Position numbers and translations under genes: made by a program
Notes under the pieces: model-generated
Told to the model about the DNA's origin: nothing
The model's database searches: none
Seen by the model: only the letters and a program-made list of their open reading frames with translations
Shown: positions 24,363 to 37,413 of the stretch, piece by piece
How positions within the stretch are numbered: position 1 is the first letter of the stretch
How the letters are laid out: every line of letters starts with the position of its first letter
NCBI GenBank assembly: GCA_038087875.1
Contig: JAXLNO010000037.1
Location: 1 to 43,874, forward strand
Source: Malacoraja senta
Taxonomy: Eukaryota
Reading direction: 5' to 3'
Length of the DNA: 43,874 bases

Positions 24363-24570
24363 GAATCTAAAGTTAATTATTTTTTGTCGGATTTTCAACA
24401 CATATCGGCTTGAAGTATATTATAAACATCTATCTGAGACAGCTGACAATACGGTTACACAAATTTAGCAGTGGGAACAATATTTTGCATGATTCCAATA
24501 TTGTAGGTAAGAAATACCGCAAGCAAAATACCGCAGATGCTGAATATTTAAAATGAAAAAGAGAAAATAA

Positions 24571-25044
24571 AGGGCCTGTCCCACGAGCATGCGACCTGCA
24601 TGCGGCAAGCGCGACCAAACCGGAAGCGGGGGCCGCGCGGAGGTCGAGTGACCCCGTACAGGGCCGGTCCCACCAGCATGCGCCTGCATGCGGCGAGCGC
24701 GACCAAACCGGAAGCGGGGGCCGCGCGGAGGTCGAGTGAGTGTCGTGATGTTCGCGCGTGACGTATGGCGTCAAGACGCTGCGTACGGCATCGAGACGCT
24801 GCGCACACCCGTCAAGGCGGTGCATACGGCGTCGAGGCGGCTGCGGGCCGGCAGGCCGTTACCGCGCGGGATTTTTGAACACGGTCAGTTTTTCGGAGCC
24901 CTGCGCGATGTCGGGACCAGCTCCGCACAACTCCCTACGGCTCCGGCGATCGAAGTGGGACCGGCCCCGCGACGCCGTACGGCTCAAGCGACCACTTTAG
25001 GTCACGCTTGCCGCATGGAGTCGCATGCTCGTGGGACAGGCCCT
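24571..25044. mobile_element. PIF/Harbinger-type MITE
   Basis: TIR AGGGCCTGTCCCACGAGCATGCGAC / GTCGCATGCTCGTGGGACAGGCCCT, TAA TSD confirmed by empty paralogous site near 8945. Confidence 0.92.
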
Positions 25045-25448
25045 TAAGGATATATCCAGCAGTATCTGTGAAGCGAGGACAATCAGTTCATGTTGATCAC
25101 CTCTCATTAGAACTCCCATCAGTTTATGTACGTTTCAGTTCCATTCAATCTAATTCTGTTTGTTTTTGCCCATTAAAAAAAGACTATTAAAAGTACAAAT
25201 TATAGAATTAGTTGAAATAAAACAATTAATAATCACTGTGCTCAATTAATATTTTAATAATAGCCACAGAGTAAGTGGATGAAGTCTGTTTGTAAAAACA
25301 TTCAGACACATGACAGAGAGAATATACTGTAGATCGTAAATAAGTTGAATTCTTCTTATGAAAAGGGTCCCGACTCGAAACGATGTTTATCTAGAGTCAT
25401 AGAGTGAAAACAGGCCCTTCAACCCAACTTGCCCACACCGGCCAACAT
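25045..25448 (+). repeat. Local duplicated segment, copy B (continues 24536-24570 across the MITE)
   Basis: Aligns to 8915-9275. Confidence 0.9.
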
Positions 25449-26851
25449 GTTCCAGCTACACTAGTCCCAACTGCCCGCGTTTTGCCATATCCCTCCAAAC
25501 CTGTCCTATCCATGTATCTGTCTATCTGTTTCTTAAAAGTTGGGATAGTGTTAACTATCTTCTCTGGCAGCTTGTTCTTCCCACCACACTTTGTGTGAAA
25601 AAGTTACCCCTCAGATCCCTATTAAATCTTTCCCCCTTCACCTTAAACCTATGTCCTCGATTCACCTACTCTGGCAAGAGACTCTGTGCATCTACTCCAT
25701 CTACGTCCTCCATAGGTTATGCCTGACCCGTGGAATTAATCCTGCAATTTGTGTTTTTTTTCCCCTAAGATTCCAGCAACTGCAAATCCTTTTGTCTACA
25801 TAATTGTTTTTATGGTGACTGCCTTTCACACACTATGATTTAATTCTTAAAAATACATATAAATAAGCAATCTTCAATGAAATGCTGAAAGTAGCCCAGT
25901 CAGCTGCAAACAGGAGAGTTGTGTGTAAACCCCGGAGAAAGTTTCCCAGCAAGGCTGGTTCCTTTGTTAGCTGGGTCTTCAATTATAGGGATGGGCGTTG
26001 TTCGATGTTATTTTTCTGCAAATACCTTTGTTCCTCCCTGGTGCTGGCTGCCCTCATAAATCACAGCAAATCCTTTCTTCACTTTGGCTCCACCCACCAT
26101 GATTGCTAAACTTTCCTGCATGCTCGGCTTTCTGCAATCAACCACTCATTCCTCTGCCACTACTGTCATACACTACATCCTATTCAATCTGTCATAGCGA
26201 ATTCGAACCCACCCAGCACTGTTCTGACCCCACCTAGTTCACTTCCATCCTGCTTCGACACTGTCACAGATCAGCCCCAGATCCAAGTCTCCAGTCCCCA
26301 CAGCATAACTTCCTGAAAGTCTTTCCTCACTTTTAGTTCTTATCAGCAGCTGCAATGTGTCACTTTTTGCCTAAAGCTTCCAGCTGTACTCCTAGCCGAA
26401 GAAGAATAACAAAAGCAAACAGGGTATGATTTAAGAGAGGAAGGCACGATTGTAACCAGAGGATAAGATTGAAATGACACCTGAGAGGAAAATGGACAGA
26501 GATGAGAAATATAGCAGCAAACATAGATGAACAGAATTGGAGCATTTAGAAAAAAAAGAGAGGAGTCATGGAAAAAGGCAGAACAAGGAAAATGTTTGCA
26601 CAACTTTACATTCGAAGCTAGAGAATGGAAGTAATTTGGTTCAGCTCAGCACAAAATGAACTGAGAAACATTAAATTTGATAGTTTCTGGTGATGACAGA
26701 CACTTGAATCTTTGGAAGTTGAAATATTGTGCAAAACACAGTGCTGGAGGAACTCAGCAAGTCAGGCACATCTGTGGAAGGGATAGAGAGGAAACATTTT
26801 GAGTTGGGACTGTTTTGCAGACACTTTGTGTTTAGTTTCTCATTATATTAA

Positions 26852-27199
26852 AGGGCCTGTCCCACTGTACGAGGTAATTCAAGAGTTCTCCCGGGTTTTC
26901 CCCTGATTCGAACTCGGAGAATGTCCGTAGCGGGTCCGTAGGAGTTCGTGGATGTCTCGTAGCGGCTCGTACGAGTAACGGTAGGTACTCGGGAAATCCG
27001 GTAAACTCGCGACGTTTTTTTCAACAATGTGAAAAATGTCCATGAGTAAAAAAATACTCGTGATGAAAAAAATTGTTACTTTTTACTCGTACGAGCCGCT
27101 ACGAGACATCTACAAACTCCTACGGACCCGCTACGGACATTCTCCGAGTTCGAATCAGGGGAAAACTCGGGAATTACCTCGCACAGTGGGACATGCCCT
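26852..27199. mobile_element. PIF/Harbinger-type fold-back MITE with long inverted arms
   Basis: Same AGGGCCTGTCCCAC terminus; arms of about 120 bp nearly complementary; flanks TAA / TTA. Confidence 0.88.
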
Positions 27200-27585
27200 T
27201 TAGTATAAAGAATGGAGATCATTGTCAGAGCAAGCCTCAATGGGGAGATGAGGGGTATTTCATAAATGTTGAGTTGTCATGATTTGGAATTTAATTCTCC
27301 TGGAAATAGATTGAAAAAAATCTGTCAATGGACAGTGGTAATTGCATATGAAAAGGCAATATAATCAGGGTTTTACTTCGGAGTCACGTGAGTGACTACG
27401 TGAAGAGCCCGTCCAGCACGCATGCGCGACATTAGCGTTCACGCAGTGCAACAGCGACGACCGGGAGTACAGGCGCTCCCGCTACATGTCGGTGGAAAAT
27501 AAACAGCGGACCATCAGGTAAGTCTTACTCTGTGGTCGTAATCAGCAAGCTGTGCTCTGCTCTGTATTCCAGGGGAACTGGGAAA

Positions 27586-28790
27586 ATGAGCAGCACGGCA
27601 AAGGAAGAAAACCGCCCCCCGTTCGACTCCAACAGAACGGGAGTGTTCCATCAGTGGGGGGCGAGAGGCGGCACCTGGAATGCATATGCTGCGGTCCACC
27701 CTCATCGAGACCGAGCCGAGCCCAGTACCGCTAGCGCAGCCTGATGAGCGGCAGCGGGCTGGAGGAAAAGTTTAAAAAAAAATTTTTTTTTTTAAAAACC
27801 GGACGGTTATGTCTGACTCCGATGAGGAGGGTCCGCCTTAGAGGGGCAGAACTAGCTGCCTGAGCCGAATGGAAAGGCTCATGGAGCAACTGCTCCAGCA
27901 AGACTTGCTTCGGGAGCTAGAGCAGTCTCGCCAGGGGGATCAGGCACTCCCACATCAGTGCTCTACAATGCACTGGCCATCGCTTTCCCCTCAAAGCAGG
28001 GAAGCGTTAGCGACCAGGGCTGGGCTGGTCAGGAACAGGGGTCATTGGCTGAAGATGTCGGGAGTACGCTTGGGGTACAGGATCAGGAAGAGCTGCTGGG
28101 TGTGGAGATTCGCTACGTGGTTACACCACGAGCAGGGCGGCCATTGGAGCCAAAACTGGCGGCCAGCATTAACCACCTGTCCCTCAAACCCCTGCAAGAC
28201 AGGTACTTAATGAGGCACTAGAGCTGGAAAACTGCAGTTCTCTCAATGTACCGGCTGTTAACAGCCAAATCTGGGGGGGGGGGGGGGACAGAGTATCCGG
28301 AAGGAGCTAAAATCCTCAAGCTCCTGACGACAGGGGATAACAGCCTATGCTCGTTCCGTGGATGGGGTGGATATGACCACAAACCAGCAAGACACTCTGG
28401 CTCTGCTGTGCAACACCCAATATGAGATAAACAACCTCCGCAAGGAGAGAATAAGACCTGCCCTCAATCCCAGGTTTGCAGGACTGTGTAAAACACCGGC
28501 CTCAGAGCCGCAGATCCTGTTATTTGGAAGGACAAGTGAAAGACCTGGAGGAGAGTCCAAAGCATTTGGCCTCATGAGGGCAGGCCCCGGAACGAGCAGA
28601 CCCACACAAAAAACCAGACGGCAGTACCCCACCGCGTCCACCAGTCAAGGTCAAATTTATGGAACTGGTGAAAGCTCGGGGTCCGCATTCTATCCCCGAA
28701 AGCCTTTTTAGGCCAGGGCCCAGAGCGGACCCCATGCAAAATGCGCCACCCCCAATCAGCAGTACATCAGCAGTACATCCAGCAGTATAA
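27586..28790 (+). pseudogene. DIRS ORF1 (gag-like), frameshifted
   Basis: Homologous to 1754-2973. Confidence 0.65.
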
Positions 28791-30720
28791 CGACGGATGA
28801 ACAAACGGAAGAAAGGAACACTACCATAACTATGGAAGTAGGTGGGTCTGGTTCCTACCAGCATGTAAATGGGGGAACTGTACAAACAGGAGGTGTCTCA
28901 TGAATGATAGTTATATACTTAACAGTATTCGGGGATACAAAATAGAGTTCATTCAAGAAAACATGCCACCAGTTCAGCACGTACCCCAAAGGGTCTTTAT
29001 CCTCTCAGTCAAAGAGAACTAGAGGCTCAAGCAGAACTGGTGAGGTTACTTACAAAGGGTGTCATTGAGAAATCCAAACATGAACCTTTGGAATTTGTCT
29101 CAAATATATTTACCAAAAGCAAAAAAGATGGTGGATGTCGCATCATCATTGACTTAACCTTACTAAATACCTTTGTTAAGTATGTACATTTCAAAATGGA
29201 AACATTTGTAACTGCTAAACAACTGATTTCCAAAGGATACTTTATGGCAAGCATTGATTTAAAAGATGCCTACTATTCAGTACCCATTCACAAGGGTCAT
29301 CGCAGATACCTGAAAATTTACCTGGATGGGGCAACTATGGCAGTATAAAGTGTTGCCTAATGGGTTGACATCAGCCCTAGACTATTTACCAAGATATTAA
29401 AACCAGCCTTGGCAACATTAACGAAACAAAGACATATTGTCATGGCGTATCTTGATGATATCCTAATAGTAGGCAAAACCAAGGAGTTGGCTAAATCAGC
29501 TGTATTAGCCACCAAACAATTGTTTGAAACCCCGGGTTTGTCATACATCCAGATAAATCTAAGTTGACGCCATCCACAACTATGGACTATCTGGGATTCA
29601 CAATTAACTCAATCCACATGTCTGTAACGTTGCCAAAAGGTAAAGCAGCAGAATTGGCACAGATGTGCAACAATTTAATGGTAAGCAATCGACCAACCAT
29701 CCGACAAGTGGCAAGAGTAATTGGCAAAATGGTAGCAGCGTTTTCAGCTACACAATTTGGACTCCTGCGCTATCAGCACCTACAAAGTGCAAAAGTACAG
29801 GCGTTGAAACGACATGCAGGTCACTTTGACTGAACCATGAAACTACCCTTTGAAGCAATATCAGAGTTACAATGGTGGATATAACACATTTGGCATAGTT
29901 CCAGCCCTATCATCATCAATAACCCAACGTTAACTATACAAACAGATGCCAGTGCTCAAGGCCGGGGAGCAACTAATACCATATCCAGCACAGGTGGTAG
30001 ATGGACTAACCTAGACTCATCTTTACTACAAACACTGGGCATAAATTATTTGGAAATGTTGGGTGCGTTTTATGGTTTTAAAGCATATTCTAGGAATATG
30101 CACAACTTGCATGTTCATTTACAAATTGATAATATCACGGTGGTGGCCTATATTAACCATATGGGCGGAATAAAATCGATATCATGTGACAATTGGGTCA
30201 ACACAATCTGGTAATGGTGGGTCGATAGACATATTTGGCTATCAGCAACTTACCTACCAGCTAAGCTAAATACAGTGCCAGGTCACGCAAATTCAATGAT
30301 AAACACCGAATGGATGTTAAATCCTAGAGCTTTTGCTAAAATTACAAACCAATATGGCACACCAGATATCGATCTCTTTGCATCCAGACTAAATCACCAT
30401 GTACCAATGTACGTCCCTTGGGAACCACACCCTGAGGCAGCAGCGATAGATGCATTCGCGCTGAACTGGGGGACCTATTTCTTCTATGCTTTTCCCCCTT
30501 CTGCCTTAATCTGTAGGGTACTACGCAAAATACAGATGGACTCTGCTTCAGGTATTTTGATAGTACCAACTGGCCTACACAGCCATGGTTCCCAGTGGTC
30601 CTCAACATGGTCATCGAAACTCCTATGACCTTTCCCAGTAGCCCAGACCTATTGACGCACCCTGTATCAGGCATAAGTCATCCATGCCATGACAAAATTA
30701 ACCTACTGGGTTGCAGATTA
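28734..30720 (+). pseudogene. DIRS pol (RT/RNase H/MT), disrupted
   Basis: SIDLKDAYY, intact YLDD at 29448-29459, TDAS, IDLFASRLNH...YAFPP. Confidence 0.93.
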
Positions 30721-31793
30721 TCAAAAGACCACTGCTGGGACTGGGATTGTCTGACAGGACCATCAACATGATGACACCGTATGTCCACCAGGAAACAATA
30801 CCTATCGAGCATCAGGAAGTGGGAAAGATACTGCTCGACTACTGGGACAACGTACTCATCTGCAACCATAACCAATGTACTGGAGTTCCTGGGGGACCTT
30901 CACCATAATGAAGGATTGAGCTACAGCGCCATCAATACTGCCAGACGTGCGCTGTCAGCCTACTTAAAACAGGTGCCAGGACAACAGGCCATAGGGTCTC
31001 ACCCGCTGGTGATCAAACTCATGAGGAGTATCGTCAACTCGAACCCTCTTAGACCTAGGTATACCCAAATCTGGGATGTCAGTGTGGTCCTGACATACCT
31101 AAGGGGATGGTCCCCAGCCAGGTCTCTCACCCTGGAAAAGCTAACCCCGAAAACGGTCATGCTGATGCCACTAGTCTCAGCACAAAGAGTCCAGTTCCTC
31201 CACTTACTGCGACTGGACAACATGGTTATAACACCAGACCGGGTCTCATTCACCATTCAGGAGCTGCTAAAGCAGAGCAAGCCAGGAACTTGAGTCCTAT
31301 TTATGGATTTCCGGGCATACTCACCTGACCTACGGTGGTGTGTCATGACTCACTTATTCACTTACATCAACACAACAAGAGATTCTCTAGGGAGAAAGAA
31401 GGAAAAAAAAAAAAAAAAAAAGCCTTATGGGTCAGCCACAAGAAACCTCATGGTTGGGTGTCGAGCCAAACTATCTCGAGATGGCTCAAGCAGGTACTGG
31501 GAGCTGGAGTAGATACTGATGTATATACATCTCACTCCACCAGGGCAGCATCCACATCGGCGGCTAAAAGAATGAACATGGAGAAAACGTTCCAAACGTT
31601 CTACCACAAGCCGCTAGCAGAACCTGTGTTATTTGCAGAAAGAGTTTTAAAATCTGCAAAAATATATAATTTAAGCCCGGGGGAGCATTTTGTCTTTTGT
31701 TATTGTTTAATAGATACCATTATTGTTTACAAACAGATTATGGTTGATTACGATAACATACTTCCTCCCTTGAATGACTTCGGCAGCGAGTGA
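30711..31793 (+). pseudogene. DIRS tyrosine recombinase, disrupted
   Basis: STRKQYLSSIRKWERYC..., VSAQRVQ, HSTRAASTS; stop at 31291-31293. Confidence 0.9.
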
Positions 31794-32698
31794 AGTATGA
31801 ACTGTTACACGGTTTGAAATCACAGAGCTTTAAAATCTTCACGTAGTCACTCACGTGACTCCGAAGTAAAATAGTAAGATTAAACGAGAACTTACCAGTT
31901 TGAAGTTTGATCTGTATTTTATGAGGAGTTACGATGAGGGGTTACGTGCCCTCCGCTCCCACCCTCAATTATAGATCAACTGGTATCTTAGTTCTCCTTT
32001 TCTTTACTATGTTTATTTCAATTATTGTGTTTCCTGTGATTGCACACCGCTGCTTTGAAGAATGTCGCGCATGCGTGCTGGACGGGCTCTTCACGTAATC
32101 CCTCATCGTAACTCCTCATAAAATACAGATCAAACTTCAAATTGGTAAGTTCTCGTTTAATCTTACTATTATAGCCTCCTCCAGTCCTGCAGGCACAGGA
32201 GTGTAGAACTACCTACAGGTCTTTCAAAGTTTTAATCCAGGTACAATGTGCCATGTCATCCCTCAAAATTCCTTGAGGCCTAAATATGTCAAGAATGGAT
32301 GGAAAATCATGCTAAATTACCAAAAATGACCACATAATTTGGTTGTAGCCACAGCATCACAGGACATGGGTTCCATTGACCTGAAGAAGGAACTTGACCC
32401 GAAATGTCACCCATTCCTTCTCTCCAGAGATGCTGCCTGTTCCGCTGCCTTACTCCTGCATTTTGTGTCTATCTTTGGCTTAAATAGAGCTACGTTCAGC
32501 TTTGGAGTGAAATGCACAGCAGCTGATGGGCAAGAATGTGATGCAAGCAATGATGTTGTAGTGAACCAACTGTTAGATGCAGTGCACCAGGTAACATGTT
32601 CCAGACTTCAGCACCAGGTCACAGGGAATGCACTGGACATAAGATGAGATTGTGTTTGACCCCTCACTCCACCTGTAGAATTACCTTTCAGAGCTCAA

Positions 32699-32985
32699 GG
32701 CAGCACAGTGGCGCAGCGGTAGAGTTGCTGCCTTGCAGCGCCAGGGACACAGGTTTGATCCTGACTACAGATGCTGTCTTGTACGGAGTTTGTACTTTCT
32801 CACTGTGACCGTGTGGGTTTTCTCTGGGTGCTCTGGTTTCCTCCCATACTTCAAAGATGCGCAGGTTGTAGGTTAATTGGCTTCTGTAAAATTGGTCCTA
32901 GTGTGTGGGATAGAACAAGTGTATGGTCGGCATGGACTCGGTGAGCTGATAGACTTGTTTCCCTACTGTATCTCTGAAGTCTAAA
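32699..32985 (+). mobile_element. tRNA-derived SINE (HE1/V-SINE type)
   Basis: TGGCGCAGCGGTAG A box, GGTTTGATCC B box, core and tail. Confidence 0.88.
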
Positions 32986-33564
32986 GGTCTCTGCAATGTT
33001 CCTAGTCAAGGGACTGGATGTTCTTTGTATCTGGTATATCAATTTGATTCCAGGCAGGGCTGACACCGAGCGTATTTGAATGGGTTCGTCAATCTCAATC
33101 AAAACGCTAAACTTTACAGAAGATCTTTGCATTTTTCTTTATTTCACTCCATATGTATGTTCCAATTAGATAATCGTTTAATATCCTGTTAAGCAAAAGT
33201 ACTTTCTAATTTTTTTTCAATTATTTTAATGTGTTTCCACTGTTTTGAAATACCTCTGGTTGCCAGAGATATTTATACACAGTGGGCAGGCCCTTAACAA
33301 CACGACCATTGTTTGCACTTCTGAGCCCTTGTTCAGAGAGACAGTATGATCGTGGGGGTAGGTGATTGGGGTGGGAGGGGGGGGGAGGAGAACTTCTAGC
33401 ACATTGTGACAACTAACCAAGGACAAATGTTTATGATATACTTTGCTTCCAGGCTATGTGCCAGGTGCAGACAAGAGGGACTTGCTTTGTTAGGCAACTT
33501 GGTCAGCATGGAGAGGTTAGACTGAGGGGCTGTTTGTGTGCTGTTTAGCGCTGTATGGTGCTGT

Positions 33565-34106
33565 AGAGCGGTATTGTGAGCAGTTTTGGGCCCCATATCT
33601 GAGGAAGGATGTGCTGACGTTGGAGAGGGTCCAGAGGAGGTTGGCGAGAATGATCCCAGGAATGATTGGGTTAACATATGATGAGTGTTTGAAGGCACTG
33701 GGCCTATACTCGCTGGAGTTTAGAAGGATGAGGGGTAACCTCATTGAAACTTACCAAATAGCAAAAGGCCTGGATAGAGTGGATGTGGAGAGGATGTTTC
33801 CACTAGTTGGAGAGTGTAGGACTAAAGGCCATAGTCTCAAAATAAAAGGACGTAACTTTAGAAATGAGGTGAAGAGGAATTTCTTAAGTCAGAGGGTGGT
33901 GAATCTGTAGAATTCATTGCCGCAGAAGTCGGTGGAGGTCAAGTCAATGGATATTTTTAAGGAGGAGATTGATAGATTCTTGTATGGTGCAGGTATCAGT
34001 GGTTATGGGGAGAGGGCAGGAAAATGGTGTAGATTAGCTATGATTGAATGGCGGAGTAGACTTGATGGACCAAATGGCCTAATTTTACTCCTACAACTTA
34101 TGAACT
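33565..34106 (+). mobile_element. 5'-truncated CR1 LINE
   Basis: YCEQFWAPYLRKDVLTLERVQRR...LGLYSLEFRRMRGNLIETY...RVVNL and 3'UTR. Confidence 0.92.
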
Positions 34107-34419
34107 TATTTATAACTTACTGAAAAAGGTTCAAAGGTTCAAAGGTTATTTATTGGTCACATAAACCATAGGTGTAGTGAAATGCTTCTTGCCAAAACCA
34201 ACAATTAAATAGTTTCATCCAAGAAGTATTGTGGTCACATTTTCTTCATTGGTTTCATCCTCCAGCAAGCTTGCCCTCCTGATTGAACACCTGAAATTAT
34301 CCTCAGTTTTTTCAGTTCTTCAGGTGTTCTATCTGAATCATTTTACAATTTGTCCCAACTAAGCTAATTATTGGCTTTTTTTTTCATTCACGATTTTCTG
34401 GCAATCCTACTTGTGTAAT

Positions 34420-34835
34420 TAAACTGGAAAAGATGCAAAAGAGGTTTACAAGGATGTTACCAGGACTGGAGACTGTGAGCTATAAGGAGAGACTGGATAG
34501 TCTAGGACTTGTTTCCACTGGGGCATAGAAGGCTGACCTTCTAAAGGTTTATAAAATTGTGAGGGCCAAAGAGAAGGTGAATAGCCATCATATCTTTCAA
34601 AGTTAGAGGAATCCAAAATTAGAGGGCTTTGTTTAAGATGAGAGAGGAAAGATTTGGAAGGGACCTGAGGGACACCATTTTAACATAGAGAGTGGTGCAT
34701 GTATTCAACACACTGCCAAAGGATATGAATTACAACATTAAATGGACACGTGGACAGCTACATGGATAGGATATTTTTGGAGGGATGTGGGCCAGGTGCA
34801 GTCAAATGGGGCTGGCTTGAGTAGCCACATTGGAC
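34420..34835 (+). mobile_element. Degenerate CR1 LINE 3' portion
   Basis: LEKMQKRFTRMLPGLE...YKERLDSLGL-like sequence. Confidence 0.7.
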
Positions 34836-34838
34836 ATT

Positions 34839-35162
34839 GATTCAGATTCAGATTCAGATTCAACTTTATTGTCATTGTGCAGTGTACAGTACAGAGACAA
34901 CGAAATGCAGTTAGCATCTCCCTAGAAGAGCGACATAAATATGAGCAGTAAATAAATAAATCTAATCTAATAAATCCTGGTGGGAGGAGTGTCCCGGGGG
35001 GGGGGGGTGATTGGCAGTCACCGAGGTACAGTGTTGAGTAGTGTAACCGCCGCAGGGAAGAAGCTGTTCCTGGACCTGCTGGTCCGGCAACGGAGAGACC
35101 TGTAGCGCCTCCCGGATGGTAGGAGGGTAAACAGTCTGTGGTTGGGGTGAGAGCAGTCCTTG
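34839..35162 (-). mobile_element. Rex1/Babar-type LINE 3' end with (TGAATC)n tail
   Basis: Minus strand encodes HPNHRLFTLLPSGRRYRSLRCRTSRSRNSFFPAAV; (GATTCA)n on plus strand. Confidence 0.85.
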
Positions 35163-36017
35163 AGCTGAAGGGCCTGTTTCTGTGCTGTTTTATTCTATGA
35201 TTCCATGACCCTGGTACTTTGGTTCACCTTCCATCTTGCCTCCTCTCATGCCTGGGGAACATTCAGCCCCTCAAGCCTGCTCTACCTGCAATAAGATGAT
35301 GACTGATCTGACTATAACCTTCTCATTCCTGCCTAAATATGGAATCTCTTACCACATCAATTATCAAGAATCTGTTTGTCTCAACTTCCAACAATATTCA
35401 CCTTTTTAGGAATAGAGTTCCTAGGATTCTCAACCCCTCTGAGAGAAAAAAAAGACCTTGTCTCACAGCTGTCATTGGAGATATGTAAGACTGAAATGGC
35501 ACCCATTCCTTCTCTGCAGAGTTGCTGCCTGTCCCGCTGAGCTATTCCAGGTTTTTGTGTCTGTCTTTGGAGATATGTAAACAAAACAACCAAACTTCAG
35601 AAGTGGTGTAGAATGACTTGTTTAGTGTTAGCATTAGATGCTAAACAGTAGTGACTGGTAATGAGTTTCAAAACAACACAGTGCATTGATTGATTGAGAG
35701 GTCTGGATGTCCCTTAAAAGGCAGCAATTTATTGATTAACCCTAATTGCACTTGATCAGAATGGCTTGCTGCTTCATTTTGTCTGTCATTTCCCATTAAA
35801 TCATCTGGTTTACTATGGATCACAAGGCTAGACCAAGAATAGATGACATTCATCGTAAGACTGCAGGAACATAAGACATAGGAGTAGGCCATAATGTTCC
35901 TTGAAACTCCCCATGATGCAGTGGGATCATAGCTGATCTGATCTTGGCCTTTGATTACCTATGGACCATCAGCCAGTCTGTCTTGGTCTTTAATATATTT
36001 GACTATTTAGCCTATTG

Positions 36018-36382
36018 CTTTAGGTCAAAACCCTTCTTCAGATTGGTTAGGGATAACTGTAGCCCAGTGATATGAATATTGATTTCTCTAACTTCAGGTA
36101 ACCCCAGCATTCCCTTTCTCTCTATCCTTCCCAAACCCAAGTTGCACTAGCTTCTCGTTTTCACCCAACAAACAGCTAACAATGGCCTGTCTCCTTTATC
36201 ATCATCATCTTTTTGCATATCTTTCATTCATTGTTCTTTATCTCTCTACATCATCATCTATATCTCTCATTTCTCTTATCCCTAACCAGTCTGAAGAAGG
36301 GTCTCGAGCCAAACGTCACCAATCCTTCTCTCCAGAGATGCTGCCTGCATCCCTGCGTTTCTCCAGCTTTTTGTGGCTTTCT
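36018..36382 (+). mobile_element. Penelope-like 3' end preceded by a short inverted pLTR piece
   Basis: MNIDFSNFR* at about 36072-36101, pLTR motif 36287-36320; 36018-36056 is an inverted copy of the TTATCCCTAACCAGTCTGAAGAAGGG region. Confidence 0.78.
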
Positions 36383-37413
36383 TAAGTTAGAATATTTTCT
36401 CTTTTTATTGTTCATTCCCTAGGTTCATGGCAGAAGAAAAACATTTTTATCAATGATCAAATGTGTTTTAATACACCATTAATTCTAAATCCTTCAACTT
36501 TCGAGTTATAGTATGAGATCTATCGATCACTTTAATAGTTTTTAAAAAATGCATCTTTTTGATCTAAGGCTGCAGATGCACGAATGGGTAAGTTCCCTTG
36601 TCAATTTTCAGTTAAATTGTGATTGATGTCAGAACATAGTTGCAGCACTTCCTGAGAGGAAGTGTATGAAGACAGAAATATATAAAATGGGTGGAAACGG
36701 AAGCAGTACAGGAGCTTACAACTTTCCTCCTATCCAAGCCCTGGTATTCCCTTGGAAAGGCCTAAATAAGAAGAAAATAAATCCCTGGTCAACTTGTGAA
36801 GATCATTAAAAAATATATATTTCTGACTGTGAAGCAACAAAATTTCCATGGCACTCTACAAATCTGTTTATTTATTAACAATTCCGCAGTTTACTTTTGC
36901 AGCATGAAATATACTCTTCCTATTAAGTCCTTTTGAAGACGTGTAAGAAGTTGCTTCCTGTATTCGTTGGTAACCTGTTCCAAAGAAAAAAGCTCTCTCT
37001 GAAAATAATTACCAACATAATGTTTAGTTATATTTGTGTTTAAACTTTTATTGCATACTATCCAATTAAATCTGATCATACTATACATAAGTACAATCAA
37101 GTCATTCACATGTACAACAGGTAGTGCAAAGAGAAAAATACCAGTGTAGAATATAGTTTTAAAGCATTGTAGCGTAAGTTACAGAGAAATGTAAGTCCAG
37201 CATTCGCAATAAAGATAGCTTGGAAGATCAGGACTACCCTTTAACTTATGGCAGGACTGTTCAGTATTCTGATAACAGTAGACTATGACACTGATAGTAT
37301 GTGATTTCAAGCATTTGTATAAGAAGGAACTGCAGATGCTGGAAAATCGAAGGTAGACAAAAATGCTGGAGAAACTCAGCGGGTGAGGCAGCATCTATGG
37401 AGCGAAGGAAATA

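Larger units (their letters stand above)
27371..32170 (+). mobile_element. DIRS1-like retrotransposon, copy 2 (full length, coding-defective)
   Basis: Colinear and highly similar to 1539-6347, with ITRs and ICR (31836-31948); different flanks. Confidence 0.96.

Noticed and set aside
1539..32170. Large segmental duplication explaining the two DIRS copies
   Set aside because: Similarity stops exactly at element termini and flanks are unrelated
32339..32647. 102-aa ORF with CAG|GTAAC site
   Set aside because: First half is a pLTR fragment; remainder has no recognisable homology
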